Positions 46,647-56,300 of a stretch of 64,000 nucleotides of DNA are shown piece by piece. Under the pieces are notes generated by a model. It saw nothing but the letters and a program-made list of their open reading frames with translations, was not told the origin of the DNA and did not search any database. Location of the stretch: NCBI GenBank assembly GCA_965248355.1, contig OZ252098.1:3680001-3744000 (forward strand), written 5' to 3'. Every line of letters begins with the position of its first letter. Within the stretch, counting starts at the first letter, position 1. The DNA comes from Candidatus Latescibacterota bacterium. Its GTDB lineage: Bacteria > Latescibacterota > UBA2968 > UBA8231. The translations under genes and the position numbers were made by a program.

Positions 46647-47795
46647 TCAGTAATCAGAGCCTTTGCCGAGGGATCCCAGGTATGGCGAGTAGAGGAACCT
46701 CCGGTGGCGGCGACGGCCCGTGACCTCGCGCAACAATCCCAGTTCCTCGAGCCTCCCGACAAGGAGATTGGCATTGGCGAAGGTGCGGCCACAGATGCGG
46801 GCCACATCGGATACTGTGATGAGAGGGTGGGAGATCAGCTCGCGCAACAGCCGGCCGGCCGTCTTGCGCAGCCCGGTCATGTGTTGGCCGATCCGGGCCT
46901 CGTGCTCCTGGAGCACCGCCTCCAGCCGAGCCACTCGATCGACACTCGCGTCCGCTGCTGCTCGTAGTCGGCGTGCGAAGTACACGATCCATCCCACCCA
47001 GTCTCCCTGCTGTCGGACCCGCTGCTGCTGCCGAAAGTGCTCCCCCACCTCGGCGGCCATCATCGCCGATGGAACGAGCAGCTGGGGCCACGGTCCATTG
47101 GCGCTCTGCAGCATTCGAACCAGGCAGAGACGGCTCACGCGGCCGCTGCCGTCAACAAAGGGGTGAAGGGACTCCAGCTGCAGGAAGACCAGGGCGATCT
47201 TGGCCAGGGGTGGAAGCGGCGAGTCGCCTTGCCAGAACTCCTGCAGCCGGTCCACATGTCCGGGAATCCCCTGCGGTAGAGGAGGCACGAAGTGCGCCGT
47301 CGCCACGGAACTCCCGGCCGGGCCCAGCCAGATGAGGGTTTCTCGCAACCTGCCGGGTTGGTCATCTCGCCCGCGCAGCCCCGTGAACAGGGCCTTGTGC
47401 GCTGACCGGAGCCCATCCTGGCTCACAACCGGGGTACCGTCGGCCCCTTCGGAGGACTTTGGGAGCATGCTCCTCAGAGCGGCGGCGTAGTTGGAGCAGA
47501 TCCGCGCTTCCCCGCGGGATACTCCAAGCTGGTCGGCCCTGTTTCCGTCCAGTTCCCACCAGAGCAGGTCCCGAAGCGTCATCCGGCTGCCGTCCAGCTG
47601 GCAGGAGGCAACCGCCTCCTGCCGACAGGCCATTGCGATCAGATCCCGGGCTGTTTCGCGCACCGAGATCTGACCGTACAGAAAGCCGAGGGCCCGGTCC
47701 GCCTCGGACAGGGCGCCATGGACAAGCCCGTCAAGCCGGAGGCCGGCGGGAGGCAGCGGAGGCAGCTCGAAAGCCAGACCCGATACTTGAGCCAA
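46647..47795 (-). CDS. Fic-family protein with C-terminal winged-helix domain, variant motifs
   Basis: Fic motif HPFVDGSGRVSR, N-terminal EAVASCQLDG, and wHTH ITVSDVARICGRTFANANLLVGRLEELGLLREVTG. Confidence 0.88.
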   Translation of the reverse strand: MAQVSGLAFELPPLPPAGLRLDGLVHGALSEADRALGFLYGQISVRETARDLIAMACRQEAVASCQLDGSRMTLRDLLWWELDGNRADQLGVSRGEARICSNYAAALRSMLPKSSEGADGTPVVSQDGLRSAHKALFTGLRGRDDQPGRLRETLIWLGPAGSSVATAHFVPPLPQGIPGHVDRLQEFWQGDSPLPPLAKIALVFLQLESLHPFVDGSGRVSRLCLVRMLQSANGPWPQLLVPSAMMAAEVGEHFRQQQRVRQQGDWVGWIVYFARRLRAAADASVDRVARLEAVLQEHEARIGQHMTGLRKTAGRLLRELISHPLITVSDVARICGRTFANANLLVGRLEELGLLREVTGRRRHRRFLYSPYLGSLGKGSDY

Positions 47796-47861
47796 CCCAG
47801 GCTTGGAGATCGCGGCACCAGATTTCTTGGGGGGTGTATATAGAAATATGCGTCTGTTTCG

Positions 47862-47890
47862 ATAGTATAGTCCCGATCCGGGCTACGCAA
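47862..47890 (-). promoter_or_regulatory. Sigma-70-type promoter of fic, overlapped by an imperfect palindrome
   Basis: TTGCGT-17 bp-TACTAT on the minus strand. The palindrome TATAGAAATA-N6-TGTTTCGATA (47839-47864) covers the -10 box and start site. Confidence 0.55.
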
Positions 47891-47926
47891 GGTTCCCGAC
47901 CGTTTTCAAGAAACCTCGGCTCTACG

Positions 47927-48805
47927 CTAGAGGCCCAGACCCAGCTGCTGCCTGCCGGGGGCCGCCGGCCGCCGGATTCGATCCCACTCCTCCAGGTACT
48001 CACCCAAGTGGGTCCGGCCCGCCCGGGCCGACTCGCGCTCCAGCAGAGTTCGTACGCGGCCCTGTTCGTCGTGGTACTGATCGGCGTCGAAGAATCCACC
48101 GAAGTGGGCCACCCGGAGCCACAACAGGTAGGTCGTCAGGGCGTCGAACTCGTTGTAGGCGACTATGGCCCCCAGTTCACCGCGTTCCCACAGGTCCTGA
48201 ACACTGTCGCCCGCGCCCGAGAACTTGCCCGGGATTCCGCAGGCCGACGCCATCTCGTGCAGGGACGGCCGGCCACGGCCCCAGCCCCCGAGCACATCGA
48301 TCAGGTCGATGTGCCAATCTCCGCCGCCGAAGTAGTCGACTCCCTCCCATGGCTTGTCGGGACGCTCCGCAAAGTCTGCTGCCTGGATGCCGTTCACGAC
48401 CGCTCGCTGCAGCAGGATACGCAGGTCCGCCGAGCCGGAGTTGTAGCCGACCATCTGAGGCTTGGCTCGCCCCACGCCCTCCAGAAACCGCCGGACGATC
48501 TCGGGCTCCGCCACCTCCGGCCGATCCACGTCGGTGGTTGCCGGCAGCGATTGCAGCTGCACACGCACCGCCCCGCCCTCGTCGGCGGTCCGAGCCACCG
48601 CCGATATGGAAACGAGGCGGCACATGACGGTCTTGAGATACGGGCGCGGGTCCTCCTCGGTGGCTCCGCCCCGCCTGTACATCTCGGCCACGACCGCCGC
48701 GTCGGCCCAGTCGGGGGGCAGATCGTGCACCCGCCGTCCGGTGTCCGCGTCCGGCACCCACTCGGCGTCGAAGGCCCATACGGTGTGATGGACAGTCTTG
48801 AACAC
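47927..48805 (-). CDS. 3'-5' exonuclease related to the PolB proofreading domain
   Basis: Motifs FDAEW (ExoI), GYNS..ADL (ExoII), HIDLID, GIPGK and YNEFD (ExoIII). Confidence 0.88.
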   Translation of the reverse strand: MFKTVHHTVWAFDAEWVPDADTGRRVHDLPPDWADAAVVAEMYRRGGATEEDPRPYLKTVMCRLVSISAVARTADEGGAVRVQLQSLPATTDVDRPEVAEPEIVRRFLEGVGRAKPQMVGYNSGSADLRILLQRAVVNGIQAADFAERPDKPWEGVDYFGGGDWHIDLIDVLGGWGRGRPSLHEMASACGIPGKFSGAGDSVQDLWERGELGAIVAYNEFDALTTYLLWLRVAHFGGFFDADQYHDEQGRVRTLLERESARAGRTHLGEYLEEWDRIRRPAAPGRQQLGLGL

Positions 48806-48883
48806 GATCTTACGCGAGCCGAGGGAAGGCCCCTCGCCTCCGCAGCCTGGGGCGGGACCGGCAACCTGAGATCCGCATGTGGC

Positions 48884-49972
48884 TCAGATGGGCCGGAAGT
48901 GATCGCCCTCTCCAACCAGACCCCTGGGCTCGAGAAGGACGCGGCCGGCGTGGGCGGAGGAGCCGCGGCCGAGGACGAGGCTGTCGAATCCGTGCTCGGA
49001 GGCGATTCGCCGCACGGCGTCGGCCTCGGTCTCGGGCACGACCACGCAGAAGCCGATACCCATGTTGAACACCCGGTGCATCTCCTCGTCGGCAACGTGC
49101 CCGGCGCTGCGAATGACTTCGAAAACCGGTTGGGGGTCGGGCAGGGTGTGGAGGACGAATCCGGTCCGGCTGCGGATGCGCAGCAGGTTGAGCAGACCGC
49201 CGGAGGTGATGTGGCTGAAGGCCCGGACCCTGAGCCCGCCGCGCAGCATGGCCAGGGCCGGTTTCACGTAGATCGCTGTCGGGCGCAGCAACTCTTCCGC
49301 GACCGTGTGGCCGAAGTCCGGAACATGGTCGGCGGGATCCAGCCCGAGGGAGTCGAAGAGGACTCGCCGGGCCAGTGTATAGCCGTTGGAGTGAAGGCCG
49401 TTGCTGAGAAGCCCGACGACCGCATCTCCGTCCTCGATGCCCTCGCCCACCACCAGTCGATCGAGGTCGACCAGACCTGCGGCGGTGCCGACGAGGTCCA
49501 TCCCCCGATCCTCGCCAAGACCCCGGATGATCTCCTTCATCTGCGACACCTCGCCGCCGGGGATGGAGATGTTCGCCAACTCGGCGCCGGAGGCCAGGCC
49601 CTTCCCGATCTGCTCGAACACATCGGCGTCGGTCTTCTGCACGGCCAGGTAGTCGACCATGGCCAGAGGCTCGGCGCCCACGCACACGAGGTCGTTGACG
49701 TTCATGGCCACGCAGTCGATGCCGACGGTATCGTACCGGCCCGCCATCTCCGCCACCAGGACCTTGGTGCCCACTCCATCCGTGGTGATCGCCAGACCGC
49801 GCCCTTCGCCCAGGCTGAGAACCGAGGCGAAGAGACCGCTTTCGAGGAGGCTGTGGCCGGTGGTCTCCCCGTCCTCCCGGCGGTGCCGGGGCCGGCTGAC
49901 GTGAGCCACGAGACGGGACAGGGCGGAATGAGCGGCCTCGGTATCGGCGTAGGTCATCCCCGATGTCGTCAA
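48884..49972 (-). CDS. purM: Phosphoribosylaminoimidazole (AIR) synthetase
   Basis: Motifs TDGVGTK, GIDCVAMNVND, GGE, SNGLHSNGY, HITSGG and FNMGIGF. TTG start with GGAGG RBS. Confidence 0.93.
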   Translation of the reverse strand: MTTSGMTYADTEAAHSALSRLVAHVSRPRHRREDGETTGHSLLESGLFASVLSLGEGRGLAITTDGVGTKVLVAEMAGRYDTVGIDCVAMNVNDLVCVGAEPLAMVDYLAVQKTDADVFEQIGKGLASGAELANISIPGGEVSQMKEIIRGLGEDRGMDLVGTAAGLVDLDRLVVGEGIEDGDAVVGLLSNGLHSNGYTLARRVLFDSLGLDPADHVPDFGHTVAEELLRPTAIYVKPALAMLRGGLRVRAFSHITSGGLLNLLRIRSRTGFVLHTLPDPQPVFEVIRSAGHVADEEMHRVFNMGIGFCVVVPETEADAVRRIASEHGFDSLVLGRGSSAHAGRVLLEPRGLVGEGDHFRPI

Positions 49973-50079
49973 GTTGATTCCTCCAGAGGCGATTGAGGAA
50001 GGGACCCAATCTATAGAGTCGGGTTCGCACCCGGGCAATGAGATCGGTTGCCCGGGGTCTGGCTCCGGAGCGGTTTCCA

Positions 50080-53000
50080 TCACAGGCCGATGTATCGATC
50101 CGACCCGTCGGTGGAGGCCAGCCACAGACCTCGCTCGGTCACCCGCTCCCCGCTCACCTGTTCCCAGTGCTCGGCGTAGGCGTCCACCTGATCGGCACAG
50201 CGAGCTATCAGCCGCTCGACCGCCGGATCGTTCTCCGAGGCACCCCTGTGGGTCTTGTAATCGACCACCTTCCAGGCGCCGTCTCCGACACGGTACACCA
50301 GGTCGATGGCCCCGCGGTGCAGGCCGTCCTCGCGGCCCTCGCCGAAGGGCACCTCCGCATACGCCTCGTCGCCTGCCGCCTGCACCTCGTCCCAGATGAC
50401 CGAGGATCGGAAGCCTTGGATCGCCCTGAGTCCCGCGTCCTCCAGGCCCTCCGCGTCCAGCCCCGACTCTTTCAGGACGCTGTGCACGTAGGCGCGAAGG
50501 CCGGATTCGCCCAGCCCTTCGAGGCGCCCGGTCACGGCGCTCGCGAGCAATCGATGGACGGCCGTGCCGTAGCTTCGCCCCCGGCCTCGGGTCTCCGGAT
50601 CGGACTCGACCGCCGCGAGCTCCTCCTCGTCGGTGACCGTCGTCTGTGAGAACGAGGGTGCGGCGACTGCCTCCAGGGCCCGCAGCCGCCGTTGTCGCAG
50701 CTTGGCGAAGTCGGCCGCTGGCGGCGGGTCCTGGACCCCCTGCGCCAGCGGGTCGGAGGCGGGACTCGGCAGCTCCGGGGCAGCGCTCAACTCACGGGAC
50801 AGCGCCGACCAGGGCCCGGCGCTCTGATGAGGGGACCGGGAAACCACGAGCACGTCACGGGCCCTGGTGGCGGCGACGTAGACGAGGCGCAGCTCCTCGG
50901 CGGCGACGAACCGCTCCTCCTCCTCCCGATCTCCTTCCCAGCCGTCGGGCTCGGCCCGCAGGATGGGCTGAAAGCGCCCCCGCATGGTGACCGCCATCGA
51001 CAGGTACGGGCACGAGCTCAGCCGGGACACGTGGGTGTCGACCCCCTGTCCGCCCGACTGATCGCCGGGATCGGCCAGGAACACGACCTTGGCCTCGAGC
51101 CCCTTGGCCTGGTGCAGGTTCATCACCCGGACCACCTCGGTGCGCCCGGTCTCCAGGGTCATCTCCTCGACTCTCAGCTCCTCCTCCAACAGATCCCGCA
51201 GATGGGAGGCGATGCGCGCCCAATCGAGGCCGTCGCGCCCCTGCCACTCGCGCACCATCGACAGCACCCTAAGCAGGTTGCCGACCCTGGAAGAACCCGC
51301 CGGCCGCCTGGCGGCCACGGCAGCCAGACCCGAGCGCTCGATAAAACGCTCGAGGGCGGCTGCCGCAGGACGTTGGTCGAGGTCCTGGCGCAGAGCGCGC
51401 AGTCCACGCAGGGCGCAATCGAGACGCTCCCGCAACGACGCCTCCAGGCCTCCCGGCGCCTCCTCGGTGAGGAGGTACGGCCAACCCGCTTTCCGCAGCC
51501 GGTAGAGCTCGTCGTCCCCGAGCCCGGCGAGGGGGCCTCGCAGGCAGGCGATCAGGGCGACCGGGTCGTCGGGTCGAAGGACCGCCTCCAGGGCGTCGAC
51601 GAGGGCGCGCAGTTCTCCGGACGAACGCAGGGATCCGGCTCCGGTGACGTCGTAGGGGATGCCCCGTTCCTCGAGGGCGCGGGCGTATTCCGACAGGTAG
51701 CGGCGGGCCCGCGTCAGGATCATGAAGTCGCCGGGCCCGGCGGTCTCGCCGAGGACGGCATCGACGCCGTTGAGGTCGGTGTCCCCCCGTTGGGCGGCGG
51801 CGATGAAGGCGGCGATGCGATCCGCTTCCGCGTGGACCTGAGCCTGTCGGCTTGTGGTGCCTGCGGTGCCTCGCAGCTGGTAGACACCAGCGCCCGGCCT
51901 CTCCCGGCGCTCCGGGGTCAGCCGGCGATAGGCGGCCTGGTAGCGGCCATCGTAGCTCTCGAACTGCAGCTCGAAGGCGTCGTTGAGCCACCGCACGAGT
52001 CCGGGCCGGGACCGGAAGCTGGTGGTCAGCTCCACGACGCCACCACCGGAGCGGGAGACCTGCTCGCGGACCAGACGGTACACCTCCAGATCCGCGCGCC
52101 GGAAGCGGTAGATGGCCTGCTTCTCGTCCCCGACGAGGAACAGCCGGCCCGGTCCGGGCGTCAGCCGGCGCCAGTCTCGCTCCTCGAGGTCGTCGCCGGT
52201 CAGGTAGAGGAGGATCGCCGCCTGCAGCGGGTCGGTGTCCTGGAACTCGTCGATGAACAGGCGCCGGTATCGCTTCTGCAGGCCGGCCCGGGCCTCGGGA
52301 CCCTCGCGCAGCAACGATTCCGTCAACTCGAGCAGGTCGTTGAAGGTCAGCCTCGCCGCGTCCATGCGGGACTGGCGGTAGGAGCGCATGGCCTCGTCCA
52401 CCAGGTCGCTCGTGAGGCGGTACACGTACTGGTGCCATTGTCTCAGCAAGGGCTTGAGAACGCCTTCGCGAAAGTCCGGCAGGCTCTTGTCCCGGAGACG
52501 CCGCGCCAGCGCCTGCTCCGGACTGCCCTTGGGTCCCCAGCGCTTCAGGACCACCGCGGTCTGGCTGGTCGAGGCCAGGTCGCGCAACAGTCGCTCGCGA
52601 TCCGCATCGCTCGGAGGACCGGCGAAGTCGACCAAGTGCCGAAGGCGGCCGACCGTCGTCATCAGGGAGTCCGGCCGGCCTTCCGGCAGGGGATCGGGAA
52701 TCCCTGCTTCCACCTCGCGGATCAGCTCGCAGGCCATGGATACCGCCGGCGCCAGATCCGGCCGCGGCCCTTCGGTTGGTTTCAGCGGCAGATCGCTGAA
52801 TTGGCAGCGCTCCAGGAAGAAGCCGTAGAACTGCCCGGCCGTGAATCCTGTTTCTTCCATGGCCAGCAGCCGCTCGTCCCCGGCCGCCGACCTTTCCTGC
52901 AGGAAGCGGTCCCAGGCATCGCGCACCAGCCAGACCTCCTCGCGCTCCTCCACCTCGCGGAAATCCGGCGGCAGCCCCGCCTCGAAGGGCCGCTCCCGCA

Positions 53001-53349
53001 GGAGGCGTGCGCAGAAGGCGTGGATGGTGCCGATCGAGCACTGGTCCACGCGCCGAACGGCGTCGCGCAGGCGCCGGGCACGTCCCGAGTGGAGGCGGGC
53101 CTCCTCCTCGGAAGCGTCCCGCAGAGCCTGAAGGAACCGGCTCCGCATCTCTCCGGCCGCTTTCCGGGTGAAGGTGATGGCCGCCATCTGATCGATTTCC
53201 GCCCCCCCGGCGGCCACGGTCTCCACCATTCGCTCCACCAGGGCCCTGGTCTTGCCGGTGCCGGCGCTCGCCTCGCACATCAGGTTGACGTCGAGGTCCT
53301 CGCGGATGCGCCGGCGGGCCTCCAGGTCCGGGTATCCGGGGGCGGTCAT
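50080..53349 (-). CDS. addA: AddA/RecB-like UvrD helicase with C-terminal PD-(D/E)XK nuclease
   Basis: Motifs ASAGTGKT, ITFTRKAA, TIHAFC, IDEFQD, VGDEKQAIYRFRRAD, HQAKGLE and YVAATRAR, plus nuclease GAIDL..VVDYKT. Confidence 0.92.
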   Translation of the reverse strand: MTAPGYPDLEARRRIREDLDVNLMCEASAGTGKTRALVERMVETVAAGGAEIDQMAAITFTRKAAGEMRSRFLQALRDASEEEARLHSGRARRLRDAVRRVDQCSIGTIHAFCARLLRERPFEAGLPPDFREVEEREEVWLVRDAWDRFLQERSAAGDERLLAMEETGFTAGQFYGFFLERCQFSDLPLKPTEGPRPDLAPAVSMACELIREVEAGIPDPLPEGRPDSLMTTVGRLRHLVDFAGPPSDADRERLLRDLASTSQTAVVLKRWGPKGSPEQALARRLRDKSLPDFREGVLKPLLRQWHQYVYRLTSDLVDEAMRSYRQSRMDAARLTFNDLLELTESLLREGPEARAGLQKRYRRLFIDEFQDTDPLQAAILLYLTGDDLEERDWRRLTPGPGRLFLVGDEKQAIYRFRRADLEVYRLVREQVSRSGGGVVELTTSFRSRPGLVRWLNDAFELQFESYDGRYQAAYRRLTPERRERPGAGVYQLRGTAGTTSRQAQVHAEADRIAAFIAAAQRGDTDLNGVDAVLGETAGPGDFMILTRARRYLSEYARALEERGIPYDVTGAGSLRSSGELRALVDALEAVLRPDDPVALIACLRGPLAGLGDDELYRLRKAGWPYLLTEEAPGGLEASLRERLDCALRGLRALRQDLDQRPAAAALERFIERSGLAAVAARRPAGSSRVGNLLRVLSMVREWQGRDGLDWARIASHLRDLLEEELRVEEMTLETGRTEVVRVMNLHQAKGLEAKVVFLADPGDQSGGQGVDTHVSRLSSCPYLSMAVTMRGRFQPILRAEPDGWEGDREEEERFVAAEELRLVYVAATRARDVLVVSRSPHQSAGPWSALSRELSAAPELPSPASDPLAQGVQDPPPAADFAKLRQRRLRALEAVAAPSFSQTTVTDEEELAAVESDPETRGRGRSYGTAVHRLLASAVTGRLEGLGESGLRAYVHSVLKESGLDAEGLEDAGLRAIQGFRSSVIWDEVQAAGDEAYAEVPFGEGREDGLHRGAIDLVYRVGDGAWKVVDYKTHRGASENDPAVERLIARCADQVDAYAEHWEQVSGERVTERGLWLASTDGSDRYIGL

Positions 53350-56300
53350 GCCTTCATCCAGTCCGCGGCCACGGAGACGGCCTCTACCGGAACGACATCG
53401 CCCGGTTCAAGGCCGAGGGTGGCCAGCTGCGCCTCGAGAGCGCGGCGCGATTGCGGGCGCCCGGTGGAAACGGCCTCCGCCCAGCCCTCGACAAGGGCCG
53501 TGGCCTGGGCCGCCGCCTCGGTCTGATCACCGGCGTGGTCCTCACCACGGGCTTCGCTGGCGCATATGCGGCGGTAGTCGCAGAAACGGCAGGGACCGCC
53601 GCCCCTCTTGTCCCCCTTGTGCAAGGCCGGGAAGAACCCCTCCCTGGCCAGCCCGAAGAGGGGCCCCAGCAGGCTGGCCACCCGGCCCGCCTCCGGGGGC
53701 CCCTCGGCAAAGCGCTGGCCCGAGCCCCGGTCGGACGCGAAGAAGTACCCTGAACGGCGGACCTCGCCCGCCTCGAGCAGGGGCAGAGCGAGGGCGTACA
53801 AGGCCCACTGCAGATTGCGGCCGCCGGCCAGCAGATCCGTGGAGTCATACCCCCAGGTGCTGCCGGTCTTGTAGTCCCAGATCTCGTAGCGGCCGCCGCC
53901 TTCGACCTGGTCGACCCGGTCCATGCGCCCCCGCAGGCGGAATGCGACCTCGGGCGACAGCGAGACCTCCACACCCTCCCGGCCTCCGAAGTCCCACTCG
54001 AGGTGGCGGGGCGTGAGCGCCGGCTCCCGCTCCATGCGCTGCGCCTCGGCGAGCAGGAAGATGCGGGAAGCGCGCTCGATCCGCCGCCGGTCGTTGCGGA
54101 AGGCGGCCTCCAGCGGCGCCGGGATCCTCTGCCGCCACCTGTCGATCGCCTCGGCCACCAGACGGGCGACCTCCTCCTCGTGCTCGACGGAGGGCCGCTC
54201 CCGGCGGTCCCCGAGCCGCTGCATGTACTCCAGGAACAGATCGTGGAGCAGCTCGCCCATCTCCAGTGGCTGCAGCCAGCGGCGCGAATCCCGCCCGGGT
54301 TCCCCCAGGACACGCACGCGGAGCACGTCCCTCAGCAGGTAGCGCCGCGGGCAGGCGGCCAGGGTCTCCAGCATGCGGCTCGACAGCACGCGTTCTCCCT
54401 GGAGATCCAGAGCCTGCTCCCCCGGGGCGTCGATCCAGCCGTCAAAGCGGCTGGGTGCGCTCCCCGCCCGCGCCTCCTGAACCCGGGCACCGCGCTCCGC
54501 CTCACCGTACGAGGAGGCGACCGCCTCGCGGTATCCCGGCCGCCCCCGGTGGCTCAGAACGACCTCGAGGTCGTCCGCCCCGGCCGCCTCCGGCTGCGCC
54601 GGCAGGGGCCACTTCCAGCACGGCTCGACTTCGAGTTGCCGCGCGGCCAGCCCGAAGAGCGGGGTTGGGTAGGGCTCACGGCCATCGGCCAGGTGCAGGC
54701 TGCTGGCCACCAGGGTCACCTCACCCGGAGCGGCTCCCAGCACGCGAATCAGCTGGAAGACCGCATCGCCTGCGCGCGACCGCTCCGCGGGCAGCCCGAG
54801 GGCCCGGCGCGACTCGTCGGACAGCATCGGATCCCCTGATCGGGATCCCGGAAAGTGCGCCTCGTCGAGGCCGATGACGTACAGGTGGCGCCGGCACGCG
54901 TACCCGGCGCGGTCAAGGGGCGCGACGTGCAGGCGGCCGGGAGAGGCGCGCCCCCCGTCCACACTCAAGCGCCTCATGAACTCGAGCAGCCGGCCCGCCT
55001 GCTCCGCCGGGGAACCGGTGAGCTCCGGGCCCCTGGACATCTCGCGCAGGCGCTTGGCCATCACCTCCCGGGCGAGGCGGTCCCCGTCGCTGGCCACATC
55101 CCGCCGGGTCAGATTCGGCCCCTTCAGGAATTCGCCGGCGGACCCGGCCATCGACGCCAGGGAACACGGCCCACGGGGGAGCCATGCATGCAACCGCTTC
55201 AGGTGCAGTCGTGCCCGCCCCAGCCGCGCCGGCCGGCGCTCCACGGCCGCGGCCTCCCGCGGCTCATGGTCGGCGGGGTCGGGCTCCCCACCTTCGACTC
55301 GATCCAGCGCCTCCGCGGCAGCTTGCGGGCCCCGGCCCACGCGGCCGGCCAGCAGGAGATGGCCGACCGCGCTCGGAGATGCCTCGGGGTCCTCCCAGCC
55401 CAGGTCCCCGCACCTCAGGCTCCGGGCCAGATCGAGCCCGTCCAGGCCGTCGCGGATCCAGGCCAGGAACGCCGTCAGGGCGCGTCCGGGCCGGGTTCGC
55501 TCCACCGGCACGCCGGCTGCGAAATCCGCCTGCAGCTCCCAGCGCTCGACCGCGTCGAACAGCAGAAACCGGTAGGGATCCCCGCGGGTGTAGGCGATCT
55601 CGACCTCGTCCAGGGGGATGCCGCGTGCCACCACATCCCGCACCACGGCGCGGATCTCGGTCTCCATCCCGATCGTGCGCCACAGGCGTATCCGCTCCCG
55701 ATCGGCAGGCCGCAAACCCTCGGTGAAGAGCCGCCCCCCCGGTGCCACCTCGACAACGCCCTTCCAAGGTGGGGATGGTGGTCCGGGCCGGCCGGCCGGG
55801 GCGGACCTCTCCTCCCGGGTGCGCAGATGGTCGAGGAACAAGTCTCCTTGTACGTGCGGAGCGCCGACCGGGACGGCCCGACCCGGCACTCGAGAGGCGG
55901 CGGGCCGGGGCATCGTCCGGGAGGCGGTTGCCCCTTTCTTGCCGGGAACAGGAGCCGCCGCACAGCGGACCGCGGCGCTGTACGCGGGCGCCGGCACCCC
56001 GTACGAGTCCCGCCCGATGCGATGCAGCCGATCCTCGGAAACGGCGAGGACATACCGAAGGGCCAAGGGCGGCATCTCGGTCTCGTCGGTGATCATCCAC
56101 ACAGCCGGGGGATGCGCATCCCCGGTCTCCACCGCGTCGATGGCGGTAACCAGGATGCGGGCGTCGTCCCACCAGTCCTGCGCCAGGAGTTCCCGGCAGT
56201 AGGCGGCGTAGAGGGAACCGAGGCCGGCGAATGACGGTTCGGGGGCTGCCTGGTCGACCTGCTCGGGCGTTGTCTCGGCCGCTCGCAGATCGCCGATGGT

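Noticed and set aside
23042..53349. Gabija (OLD nuclease plus UvrD helicase) system
   Set aside because: The two genes are about 25 kb apart, and the helicase is a full AddA with its own nuclease domain and an AddB partner.
53346..54400. Cas4-like Fe-S nuclease
   Set aside because: It is the C-terminal domain of a 1095-aa protein coupled to an AddA-like helicase, and there are no cas genes or array nearby.
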